DNA of 64,000 nt, from assembly GCA_964344345.1 (NCBI GenBank), contig CAYFNC010000002.1:6106-70105 (forward strand), written 5' to 3'. The DNA is from an uncultured Hyphomicrobiales bacterium. Its GTDB lineage: Bacteria > Pseudomonadota > Alphaproteobacteria > Rhodospirillales > CAYFNC01. Below are positions 45,329-53,544 of this stretch, in pieces. Both the position numbers and the translations under genes were made by a program. Each line of letters opens with the position of its first letter. Position 1 is the first letter of the stretch. The notes below the pieces were generated by a model. That model did no database searches, was not told the DNA's origin, and saw only the letters and a program-made list of their open reading frames with translations.

Positions 45329-46699
45329 TCAGGGAAGCCAGCGGATTGCTTTTCGCCACGGCTCCAGCACTCTCAACGCCCGCGCCGACAACGCCTCCTT
45401 TTTCTTGCGTCCCTTCAGTCTCCGGCCCTTTTCGTTCTTTCCCTCATCCCCTTCCAGCGGCGGAAACAGGCCGAAGTTGACGTTCATGGGCTGGAAGGTT
45501 TCTTCCTCGGCCCCCCCGGTGACATGGGCGAGAAGGGCGCCCATGGCTGTATTGGGCGGGGCCGGGGGAAGGGCTGCGCCCAGGCGGTCGACAGCGGCGA
45601 ACAGCCCGGCCATCAGGCCCATGGCCGCGCTTTCCACATAGCCCTCGCAGCCGGTGATCTGTCCGGCGAAGCGGAGCGCCGGGCGGGCGCGGAGCCGCAG
45701 ACGCTCGTCCAGAAGGCGGGGGCTGTTGATGAAGGTGTTGCGGTGCAGGCCGCCGAGGCGGGCGAACTCCGCGTTTTCGAGCCCCGGGATTTGGCGGAAG
45801 ACGCGTTTTTGCTCCCCCCATTTCAGCTTGGTCTGGAACCCGACGATGTTGAGAAGCGTGCCGAGCGCGTTGTCCTGGCGAAGCTGGACGATGGCGTGGG
45901 GTTTGACGTCGGGGGCGTGGGGGTTGGTCAGGCCGACCGGTTTCATGGGACCGTAGGCGAGAGTCTCGCGGCCGCGCTCGGCCATCACCTCGATGGGCAG
46001 GCAGCCCTCGAAATAGGGAGTGTCTTTTTCCCAGTCATGGAATTCTGTTTTCTCGCCCGAAATCAGCGCGTCGATGAAGGCGTGGTAGCCCTCCCGATCC
46101 AAGGGGCAGTTGACGTAGTCCTTGCCGTCCCCCTTGTCATAGCGGGATTGCCGCCAAGCCTTGGAGAAATCGACGCTATCGGCGTGCACGATGGGCGCGA
46201 TGGCGTCGAAGAAGGCGAGGGACTCCTCCCCGGTCAGGTCGCGGATGGCGGTGGCCAGGGCGTCCGAGGTCAAGGGGCCGGTGGCGACGATGACGCTGTC
46301 CCAGTCCTCGGGCGGAAGGCCCGCGACTTCCTCGCGGACGATGGTGACCAGCGGATGGGAGTCCAGCGCGTCCTGGATATGGGCGCTGAACCCGTCCCGA
46401 TCCACCGCGAGCGCGCCACCCGCCGGCACCCGATGCGCGTCTGCCGCCGCCAGGACCAAGGAGCCCATCCGCCGCATCTCGGCGTGCAGCAGTCCGATGG
46501 CGCTGCCCCCCGCGTCGTCGGAGCGCAAGGAGTTGGAGCACACCAGCTCCGCCAGCCCGTCGGTGCGGTGCGCCTCGGTCCCGCGATGGGGACGCATCTC
46601 GTGAACGACCACGGGAACGCCCGCGCGCGCAAGGACCCAAGCCGCCTCGCATCCCGCGAGGCCGCCGCCGACGATATGGACGGGGGAGGGCGTTGTCAT
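45329..46699 (-). CDS. trmFO: methylenetetrahydrofolate--tRNA-(uracil-5-)-methyltransferase
   Basis: 456 aa with [18 protein letters not shown] motif. Reads as Gid/TrmFO along its full length, including the Lys-rich C-terminus. Confidence 0.95.
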   Translation of the reverse strand: MTTPSPVHIVGGGLAGCEAAWVLARAGVPVVVHEMRPHRGTEAHRTDGLAELVCSNSLRSDDAGGSAIGLLHAEMRRMGSLVLAAADAHRVPAGGALAVDRDGFSAHIQDALDSHPLVTIVREEVAGLPPEDWDSVIVATGPLTSDALATAIRDLTGEESLAFFDAIAPIVHADSVDFSKAWRQSRYDKGDGKDYVNCPLDREGYHAFIDALISGEKTEFHDWEKDTPYFEGCLPIEVMAERGRETLAYGPMKPVGLTNPHAPDVKPHAIVQLRQDNALGTLLNIVGFQTKLKWGEQKRVFRQIPGLENAEFARLGGLHRNTFINSPRLLDERLRLRARPALRFAGQITGCEGYVESAAMGLMAGLFAAVDRLGAALPPAPPNTAMGALLAHVTGGAEEETFQPMNVNFGLFPPLEGDEGKNEKGRRLKGRKKKEALSARALRVLEPWRKAIRWLP

Positions 46700-46784
46700 G
46701 AGGAGGCTATAGAGTGGGTGGCGTTTATGTTCAAGCCGAAGCCGACGAAATGGAATTGTGGACTTATGGAGTATTCACGGCAAA

Positions 46785-48011
46785 ATGACGGTCGGGTCTC
46801 CCGATAAGGCTTTCCCCGTGCCCGTCATCGACGCTCCCGCGCTTTTTCCGGAAAACACGCCGTATCGAATTTACGGACGTTCCGAAAGAACGCGTGTTTT
46901 TGCCAGCATGCTTCAACGGGTGGCGCCTTCCTCGCCTTTTTTGGGATTCATGGACGAGATTCGGGCAAGCGACGCCGCCATCGTACTCGTGGAGCCGAAT
47001 TGGCCGGAAACAGCAAGAATATTTCGGGATCAAGGCCAGAGCGAGGACGCCATGTTCGTCATGCCGGCGCCCGAGGAATACCTTTGGGGCTATTGGGAAA
47101 TATATCAGGCTTACGAGGACGTCATTGGCGCGCTCGGCGATCCCTGGGACATGGACGTTCGCGGTTTCATGGAACGGGAGATGGCCCGTATCCCTGGATT
47201 CGATCAACTGCAAAGCCGTTTCATTTGCCTTTCGTCCTACAAACTACGCCCCCATCTAAAGAAGATTTCCCTATTGCTGGACGCGTTGGCCAATGAAGAT
47301 AGCCGCATGGCTTATAACAGGTGTGTGTTCGAAGGAATTGGGGAGGCTGTAGATCACTTCTGGAAGACCGTTTTTATTAAAGCTCAGTATTTCGATTACG
47401 CCGCCATCGCGCCCGGAGACGTGATAATAAATGGGGGCGTCTGCGAAGGGTTCGAATTGCCGCACTTTCTGGCCCATATGAATGGAAAGGGGAGGATATA
47501 CAGTTTCGATCCCTTGGGTTTCGATCATCTCAGCGGTTACGCCAGGGAAGTGATTTCGTTCTTTCCAGAACAGATCTTGGAGTATCGCATGGCGCTGCAT
47601 GATTCGCCGTGCGAAATTTCATTGCCAGTGGCTGACGGACAGGCTTTGGGCCATTTGGCGAACGTTCAGGTGAAAGACTGTGAGAACGTGAAGGTTCCAG
47701 CAACGTCCGTCGATGCTTTCGTCGAGAACGAAGGGCTCGAGCGGGTTGATCTGATCAAGTTGGACATCGAAGGCGGCGAAACGTTCGCAATCCAAGGCAT
47801 GATCGACACCATCGCTTGTTTGCGCCCCCAGCTCGTCATAAGCATCTACCATCGCTGGAAGGATTACGTGGATATCCCCTTGTTCCTCATGCAGCGCTGC
47901 AGGGATTACAAATTCTACATCGAGACCTACAGCTACCAGCGATTCGAAACCATATTATACGCCATTCCGGCCGAGCGGGACGTGGGTCGAAGGGAAAGGA
48001 ATACGCCATAA
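46785..48011 (+). CDS. FkbM-family methyltransferase with N-terminal extension
   Basis: The C-terminal half has FkbM hallmarks (VIINGGVCEGFELPHF, RIYSFDP, VDLIKLDIEGGETFAIQGM, QLVISIYH). Start is uncertain: GTG 46758 or ATG 46785. The DNA is visibly AT-richer than its surroundings. Confidence 0.75.
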   Translation: MTVGSPDKAFPVPVIDAPALFPENTPYRIYGRSERTRVFASMLQRVAPSSPFLGFMDEIRASDAAIVLVEPNWPETARIFRDQGQSEDAMFVMPAPEEYLWGYWEIYQAYEDVIGALGDPWDMDVRGFMEREMARIPGFDQLQSRFICLSSYKLRPHLKKISLLLDALANEDSRMAYNRCVFEGIGEAVDHFWKTVFIKAQYFDYAAIAPGDVIINGGVCEGFELPHFLAHMNGKGRIYSFDPLGFDHLSGYAREVISFFPEQILEYRMALHDSPCEISLPVADGQALGHLANVQVKDCENVKVPATSVDAFVENEGLERVDLIKLDIEGGETFAIQGMIDTIACLRPQLVISIYHRWKDYVDIPLFLMQRCRDYKFYIETYSYQRFETILYAIPAERDVGRRERNTP

Positions 48012-48095
48012 TCGCCGGCGGTGACGCAGCGCACAGCCATCGTGCGCGGAGGCCTGGATACTGATAGCATATTGGGGAAATGATCGGGCGGTTTC

Positions 48096-49439
48096 ATGAA
48101 CGACGTATTCGATTCCGACGACTACGACGAAGTCTGGCAAAAGATCTCCCAGCAGGAGCTGGAGGAGGTGTTGGACAGGCATGAGTTGTTCGCCACTGGC
48201 CGCATCGGCGGCGCGCGGGCGCGATTGGTGCTGCATGACCTGTCCTATCTGGACTTTTCCGACCGCAACCTCGCCGGGGCGGATTTGTCCGGCGCGAAGC
48301 TGACCCAGATTTCGGCCAAGAACTCCGATTTTTCCAGCGCCAACCTGTATGCGTCCGACCTGTCCGGCGCCGATCTTTCGCGCGCGGATTTCAGCCGCGC
48401 GGACCTTCGCGGCGCCAGGCTGCGGGGCGCGAACCTGACCCGCACCATCCTGAAGGACGCGGACCTTCGCGACGGCCTGTTGTTCAAGTCCATCAAGAAA
48501 AAGGGCCTGATGCCGGTCAGCTTCGAGGAGGCCGCCGCCGCCCTCGACCAGGCCATCTGCAAGGGCGCGGACCTGTCGGAGGCCAAGATTTCCAACGCCT
48601 TCGTGGTTCAGACCGATTTGACCGACGCCAACCTCCGCCTCGCCAAGTTCATCGGAGCGAATCTGGCGCTGTCGAACCTGACCGGGTGCAATCTGGAAGG
48701 CACCGACTTCACCGACGCGAATCTGTCCGGCGCCGTGTTCCGAGGCGCGGTGTTCACCCGCACCATCCTGGATCACGCGGACTTCACCGGCGCCGATTTG
48801 ATCGGGGCCGTGTTCGACCAGGTCGATCTGTCCAGGGTCGATCTGAAGGAAACCAAGATGGCGCGCACGCTCGCCAATCTGGAAATGTCCTTGCAAGATA
48901 TCATCGTCGAGCACGCCAAGTGGTTCAACACAAATGGAAAAAAGGGCGCGCGCGCCAACCTGTCCCAACTGGACCTGTCCCACAACGAATTGCCGGGCGT
49001 CAATCTGGCGGCCGCCGACATGTCGTCGTGCATCCTGAAGGGCGCGGACGTGTCCAAGTCGGAATTCGTCATGACCGACCTGTCCTACGCCGACCTGCGC
49101 GACGCCAACCTGAACCACTCCGACCTGCGCGGCGTGAAGCTGGAGCGGGCGAACTTGACCGGCGCATCCATGATCGGCGCCCGCTTCGACGAGGTTCCCA
49201 TTCCGTCCGCGGACAGCGGGGCGTGGCGCGCCAATCTGGAAGGCGCCAGGTTCATCGACGCCAAGCTGGCGGGCGCGCGTCTGACCAACGTCAACCTGGA
49301 GGGCGCGATCCTCACCGGCGCGGACCTTCGCGACGCGGACCTGTCGGGATCGTCCTTGACCGATTGCGACTTCTCCGAGGCAGACCTGCGCGGCGCCAAC
49401 CTGGACAACACCGACCGTCGCGGGGCCAAGGGGCTCTGA
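48096..49439 (+). CDS. pentapeptide-repeat protein
   Basis: 447 aa dominated by A(D/N)LxG/A-type pentapeptides (ADLSGADLSRADFSRADLRGARLRGANLT and many more), in at least three blocks. Confidence 0.9.
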   Translation: MNDVFDSDDYDEVWQKISQQELEEVLDRHELFATGRIGGARARLVLHDLSYLDFSDRNLAGADLSGAKLTQISAKNSDFSSANLYASDLSGADLSRADFSRADLRGARLRGANLTRTILKDADLRDGLLFKSIKKKGLMPVSFEEAAAALDQAICKGADLSEAKISNAFVVQTDLTDANLRLAKFIGANLALSNLTGCNLEGTDFTDANLSGAVFRGAVFTRTILDHADFTGADLIGAVFDQVDLSRVDLKETKMARTLANLEMSLQDIIVEHAKWFNTNGKKGARANLSQLDLSHNELPGVNLAAADMSSCILKGADVSKSEFVMTDLSYADLRDANLNHSDLRGVKLERANLTGASMIGARFDEVPIPSADSGAWRANLEGARFIDAKLAGARLTNVNLEGAILTGADLRDADLSGSSLTDCDFSEADLRGANLDNTDRRGAKGL

Positions 49440-49458
49440 CGTAAGGGAGGGCGCGACG

Positions 49459-49938
49459 GTGGTCGTGGAAGGCGAACTCGCGAAAATCCTGCTGCTGCTG
49501 GCCTTCGCCGCCGCCTTCATGTGGAAATCCGTTTCCATGGATATCCGCAAGTTCCGCACCCGCCGCTGGTCCGAAACCGAGGGGCGCGTGGTCTCGTCCC
49601 GGTACGAGGAGGTCAGCAACGACGGGAAAAGCGTCAACATGGACGCCGACTTCGTCTACGAGGCCGGTGGACTGACCCACGACGGCCGTCTCAAGCTCCA
49701 TGGTTTTATCCTGCCGGGGCCCCAGGGTCGGGCGATGAAGCGGCGCTACGCCGAGGGCCAACCCGTGACCGTCCGCTATCGCCCGGAAAACCCAAGCGAA
49801 TACGAGGTCGTCGATATCCTGCCCTGGTGGATGGATATCGTGTTCTTTATCGGGGTGGCCGCGATCGCCTACGCCGGGCTTCTGTTCGGGCAATATGTCG
49901 GTTGGTGGGCGTTGCCCCCTTGGATGCAAGGCGGCTGA
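49459..49938 (+). CDS. DUF3592-like membrane protein
   Basis: GTG start 19 nt after the pentapeptide gene. TM helix, then the beta-rich core WSETEGRVVSSRYEEV...DADFVYEAGG...PVTVRYRPENPSEYEV, then a C-terminal TM helix. Matches the DUF3592 layout as I recall it. Confidence 0.65.
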   Translation: MVVEGELAKILLLLAFAAAFMWKSVSMDIRKFRTRRWSETEGRVVSSRYEEVSNDGKSVNMDADFVYEAGGLTHDGRLKLHGFILPGPQGRAMKRRYAEGQPVTVRYRPENPSEYEVVDILPWWMDIVFFIGVAAIAYAGLLFGQYVGWWALPPWMQGG

Positions 49939-50011
49939 AGGCCGCGCGCGTTTCCATCTTTCACGGCCTGGTTTAATGTAGATGGTCGGTTGCGTGGAAT
50001 GGGAGACGGCG

Positions 50012-50494
50012 ATGACAGGGGGCAAAGGCGAGGTTGTCTTTCGCAAGCGTCCGTTCCGCATCTTCTTGGACCTTCTTCTTCTGGCGTTCTGGGGATTTCT
50101 CGGAGTGATGTTCGCGTCCGCCCTTTTTTATGAGGACCCAGAGATCGAATCGCGGATGTCATGGTTCGGCGTCGCCGTCATCTTCGTCGGCGTGGCCTTC
50201 GGCGCATATTACGTAATTAAGGTGATATTCCTGCGCGGCCCGTTGCTTCGGGTGACGCCTGAAGGATTTCATTACGCCTTGGCGGACGAAGAATTCACGC
50301 CTTGGTCCAACGTCGCCCTCGTCGATGTGGAGCGCAGTCGGCGCTGGACCGGAACCTCCACAATCTCGGTCATTCTGCATGAAGGCGGTTACATCGATAT
50401 CGAATGCGAGTTTTTCACCTTGAAGCTCGACCAGGTTCTCGACGCGTTCCGGCCTTACTGCGAAATCTGGGAGCAGCCGAAGGGGTTCGTTTAG
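50012..50494 (+). CDS. hypothetical membrane protein with C-terminal PH-like domain
   Basis: Two N-terminal TM helices (FRIFLDLLLLAFWGFLGVMFASALF, FGVAVIFVGVAFGAYYVIKVIF), then GPLLRVTPEGFHYAL...VALVDVER. This resembles the bacterial PH / STM3941-like layout. Start is ATG 50012 or upstream at 49982. Confidence 0.45.
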   Translation: MTGGKGEVVFRKRPFRIFLDLLLLAFWGFLGVMFASALFYEDPEIESRMSWFGVAVIFVGVAFGAYYVIKVIFLRGPLLRVTPEGFHYALADEEFTPWSNVALVDVERSRRWTGTSTISVILHEGGYIDIECEFFTLKLDQVLDAFRPYCEIWEQPKGFV

Positions 50495-50601
50495 TTTCAC
50501 GCGCCGTTTTCCCCTTGTTCCACGGTATATAACACCCATCTCTATAACTGATGCGCAATGTCGGGAATTGCGCTCCAACAATCCATTCGGAGGAAAACGT
50601 C

Positions 50602-50742
50602 ATGATCGCCCATATGGTCAAGCATAAGGATGTGGAAGACGATTCCTTGTCGCCTCCGTCTCCCTTTTACTGGATCGGCGCGCTCGGGATTTTGGCCTCG
50701 GTGAGCCTGCTGTTCGTGGTGGTCGGGGTCGGCTTGTTCTGA
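50602..50742 (+). CDS. 46-aa small membrane protein, paralog 1
   Basis: MIAHMVKHKDVEDDSLSPPSPFYWIGALGILASVSLLFVVVGVGLF. SD ggagga lies 7 nt before the ATG. 30/46 residues are identical to the 50899 paralog, with synonymous differences across the conserved core. Confidence 0.6.
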   Translation: MIAHMVKHKDVEDDSLSPPSPFYWIGALGILASVSLLFVVVGVGLF

Positions 50743-50898
50743 TCGCAGCGTTAGCCAGTATTACAACGATACAAAATTAACCCGCCGGGCGGGGAGGGGA
50801 CGAACCGCTCGGCGGCTCCACTTGCCGATCTTTCCTCCGGACCATATTTCCTGAAATGAAGGGTGATATTCCCTGAAATTCGGCTGGAGGGTTCGATC

Positions 50899-51039
50899 AT
50901 GCTTGCGCATTTCGTTCGCCATAAGAGCATGGAAGACGACACCCTGTCGCCTCCATCACCGTTTTATTGGATCGGGACCATGGTCGCATTGGCCACGGCT
51001 GGGCTTCTGTTCGTGATCGTGGCGGTTGGCCTGCTCTGA
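50899..51039 (+). CDS. 46-aa small membrane protein, paralog 2 (not in ORF track)
   Basis: Hand translation gives MLAHFVRHKSMEDDTLSPPSPFYWIGTMVALATAGLLFVIVAVGLL followed by a stop. SD ggaggg lies 7 nt before the ATG. Same length and layout as paralog 1. Confidence 0.6.
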   Translation: MLAHFVRHKSMEDDTLSPPSPFYWIGTMVALATAGLLFVIVAVGLL

Positions 51040-51101
51040 AAAAGGCTTGTTCCGTCTTTCGCTTGCCTGAAAGATACGGGTGAGAGAGAAGCGGAGCAGA
51101 G

Positions 51102-51764
51102 ATGGATATTTCAATCGACGCCGTGTTCGTCGAGCGTGGAATCGACGCCGCGCTCGGCTGCATAAGGTGTCGCGTCGCCGTGTCCGTGGACGCGCCCGGC
51201 ATGGCCGAGGCGTTGGATGCGGAGATCGAGGCGCGCGCTCCCTGGCTCGCCGAAAACGCGCCCTCGGCCGATCCGGTCGTGGCTTCGACCCGCAAGGCCT
51301 ACAAGGCGCTCGGCAAGGACCCGGCCCGGTACCGCCCGGCCGCCGAGTCCCTGATGCGTAGGGTCAAGCAGGGAAAGGGGCTTTACCGCGTCAACACGGC
51401 GGTGGACGCCAACAACCTGATTTCCATCAAGACCGGATACTCCATCGGGGCCTACGACGTCGCGAAGCTGGCCCCGCCGACGGCGTTTCGCCGCGCCGGC
51501 GCGGGGGACAGCCACGTCGGCATCGGGCGTGGACCCTTGAACCTGGAGGGGCTGCCCATTCTTTCGGACTCCCAAGGCCCCTTTGGCTGCCCCACGTCCG
51601 ACTCCGAACGCACCATGATCACGGAGAGCACCGAAACCCTGCTGATGGTTCTGTTCGATTTCGCGGGCGGCGAGGGTTTGGAGGAGGCGATGGATTTCGC
51701 CGTCAGGACGCTCGAGCGGTTCGCTTCGGCCCAAGGCGTCGAAACCGCCGTGGTTCGCGCCTAG
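51102..51764 (+). CDS. free-standing B3/B4 (PheT editing-domain-like) tRNA-binding domain protein
   Basis: 220 aa: VASTRKAYKALGKDPARYRPAAESLMRRVKQGKGLYRVNTAVDANNLISIKTGYSIGAYD ... DSQGPFGCPTSDSERTMIT. Fits the B3_4 domain family pattern. Confidence 0.8.
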   Translation: MDISIDAVFVERGIDAALGCIRCRVAVSVDAPGMAEALDAEIEARAPWLAENAPSADPVVASTRKAYKALGKDPARYRPAAESLMRRVKQGKGLYRVNTAVDANNLISIKTGYSIGAYDVAKLAPPTAFRRAGAGDSHVGIGRGPLNLEGLPILSDSQGPFGCPTSDSERTMITESTETLLMVLFDFAGGEGLEEAMDFAVRTLERFASAQGVETAVVRA

Positions 51765-51815
51765 GTTTCCATGTAAAATCCAGTCCAAGAGCCATTCATT
51801 CTGGGGGATTTCGAC

Positions 51816-53399
51816 ATGTCCGGGATCATCGGCCACGTGGTTTCCGTCTCCGGCGCGCTGCTGACGGCCCGGCGCACGCTCACCGGCGGCGATATCGAGG
51901 ATCTGCGGGATGTTCGCGTCGGAAGCCTAGTCAAGATCGTCCAGCCCGAATCGCAAGTGTTCGGGGTCGTCGATTCCGTCGTGTCCACCCAGCCGGTCCC
52001 GGTCACCGACGACGTCCACGTGGAATTCGAGATCGAACTTCTGGGCGAGGTGCTCGAAGGCGGCGGCGGAGCCTTCCGGCGCGGCGTGTCGTTCTTTCCC
52101 CGCCTTGGCGACGTGGTGGTCCCCACCGACGACAGCGACATCGCCACCGTCTACGCGCCGCCGAAAAAGGCCAACATGCAGATCGGCGTCATCCACCAGA
52201 ACCCCAACGTCACCGCCCACATCCAGGTGGACGACCTGCTCAGTAAGCATTTCGCCGTTCTGGGCACCACCGGGTCGGGCAAGTCGTGCACCACGTCGTT
52301 GATCCTGCAGTCGATCCTGGAGCAGAACCCGGGCGGCCACATCATCATGCTGGACCCCCACAACGAGTACCAACACGCCTTCCCCGGCGTGTGCGAGTTG
52401 CTCAACACCGACAACCTGCATCTGCCCTATTGGCTGCTGAACTTCGAGGAGCTGACCCAGGTCCTGGTCACCGGCGAGGGCGAGGACCGGGACGCGCAGA
52501 TCAATATCCTCAAGGAGGTCGTGGTAGGGGCGAAGCGCGCCGTCTTCGCCGACGAGAAGGACGCCGCCTTCGTCACCGTGGACACCCCGATCCCCTATCG
52601 GCTGAGCGATTTGAAACGGAACCTGGACGCGGGCATGGGCAAGCTGGACAAGCCCGACAGCTCCAAGCCGTTTTTGCGCATCCTCGGCAAGCTGGAAAGC
52701 CTGCAGTCGGACAAGCGGTTCTCGTTCATGTTCTCGACCATGCTGGTCCGCGACACCATGGCCGAGGTGATCTCGCGGATGCTGCGCATCCCGACCCAGG
52801 GAAAACCGGTGACCATCGTCGACCTGTCCGGCGTGCCGTCGGAGATCGTGGACGTGGTGGTGTCGCTGATCTGCCGGCTGGTGTTCGATTTCTCGCTCTG
52901 GGGCAACGCGGAGGGAAGCGGCGTGCCCGTGCTTCTGGTCTGCGAGGAGGCGCACCGCTACGCCCCGCAAAACGACGAGGACGGCTTCGGCCCGACCAAG
53001 AAGGCCATCGCGCGGATCGCCAAGGAAGGCCGGAAGTACGGCGTGTCCGTCGGCCTGATCAGTCAGCGGCCGTCGGAGTTGTCCACCACCATCCTGTCCC
53101 AGTGCTCGACCCTGTTCGCGCTCCGCATGAGCAACGAATTGGACCTGAACTTCGTTAAAGGCGCGCTGCCCGACGCGGCGTCGGGATTGTTGAAGGTGCT
53201 TCCGGCACTCCATACCCAGGAAGCCGTGGTGGTGGGCGAGGGCGCGACCGTGCCCATGCGGGTCAGGCTGAGGAACCTGCCAGACGACGCCATGCCCCGC
53301 GGGAACACCGCGCCGTTCTCCCAGGCGTGGCAGGCGGATTCCAACGACGAGGCCTATGTTTCCCGCGTGGTGGACAGGTGGCGCTGGCAAATCCGCTGA
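51816..53399 (+). CDS. HerA-like (DUF87) ASCE ATPase
   Basis: N-terminal HAS-barrel-like segment (VRVGSLVKIVQPESQVFGVVDSV), Walker A AVLGTTGSGKS, and Walker B-type VLLVCEEAHRYAP. 527 aa. Confidence 0.85.
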   Translation: MSGIIGHVVSVSGALLTARRTLTGGDIEDLRDVRVGSLVKIVQPESQVFGVVDSVVSTQPVPVTDDVHVEFEIELLGEVLEGGGGAFRRGVSFFPRLGDVVVPTDDSDIATVYAPPKKANMQIGVIHQNPNVTAHIQVDDLLSKHFAVLGTTGSGKSCTTSLILQSILEQNPGGHIIMLDPHNEYQHAFPGVCELLNTDNLHLPYWLLNFEELTQVLVTGEGEDRDAQINILKEVVVGAKRAVFADEKDAAFVTVDTPIPYRLSDLKRNLDAGMGKLDKPDSSKPFLRILGKLESLQSDKRFSFMFSTMLVRDTMAEVISRMLRIPTQGKPVTIVDLSGVPSEIVDVVVSLICRLVFDFSLWGNAEGSGVPVLLVCEEAHRYAPQNDEDGFGPTKKAIARIAKEGRKYGVSVGLISQRPSELSTTILSQCSTLFALRMSNELDLNFVKGALPDAASGLLKVLPALHTQEAVVVGEGATVPMRVRLRNLPDDAMPRGNTAPFSQAWQADSNDEAYVSRVVDRWRWQIR

Positions 53400-53406
53400 C
53401 GGCCAA

Positions 53407-53435
53407 CCGGTTTTGTGACCGATATCACAAACCGG
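53407..53435. promoter_or_regulatory. palindrome containing a perfect TGTGA-N6-TCACA (CRP-type) site; alternatively the HerA terminator hairpin
   Basis: ccggttttgtga-ccgata-tcacaaaccgg forms an 11-bp stem with one bulged T and a 6-nt loop. It begins 7 nt after the HerA-like stop and lies about 110 nt upstream of the next ATG (53545). A tttt run follows 6 nt later. Confidence 0.5.
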
Positions 53436-53544
53436 GACTCATTTTCCCCTTGATCGCGGACGGCCGTCACATGCAACGGCTCTTTTTGGGCGTAGGCTTG
53501 TCATTATCGAGCATGGAAACCCCGAACGCCCAAGGAGAACCAAA

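Noticed and set aside
48200-49430. Periodic 15-nt DNA repeats that could be mistaken for a repeat array or CRISPR
   Set aside because: The periodicity is the coding pentapeptide repeat. There are no unique spacers, no constant direct repeats of 24-40 bp and no cas genes.
47955-49640. 561-aa antisense ORF opposite the pentapeptide-repeat gene
   Set aside because: A repetitive GC-rich coding repeat stays open on the opposite strand. The sense frame gives textbook A(D/N)LXX pentapeptides, and the antisense frame gives a VGQV/QVGA-type mirror image without start context.
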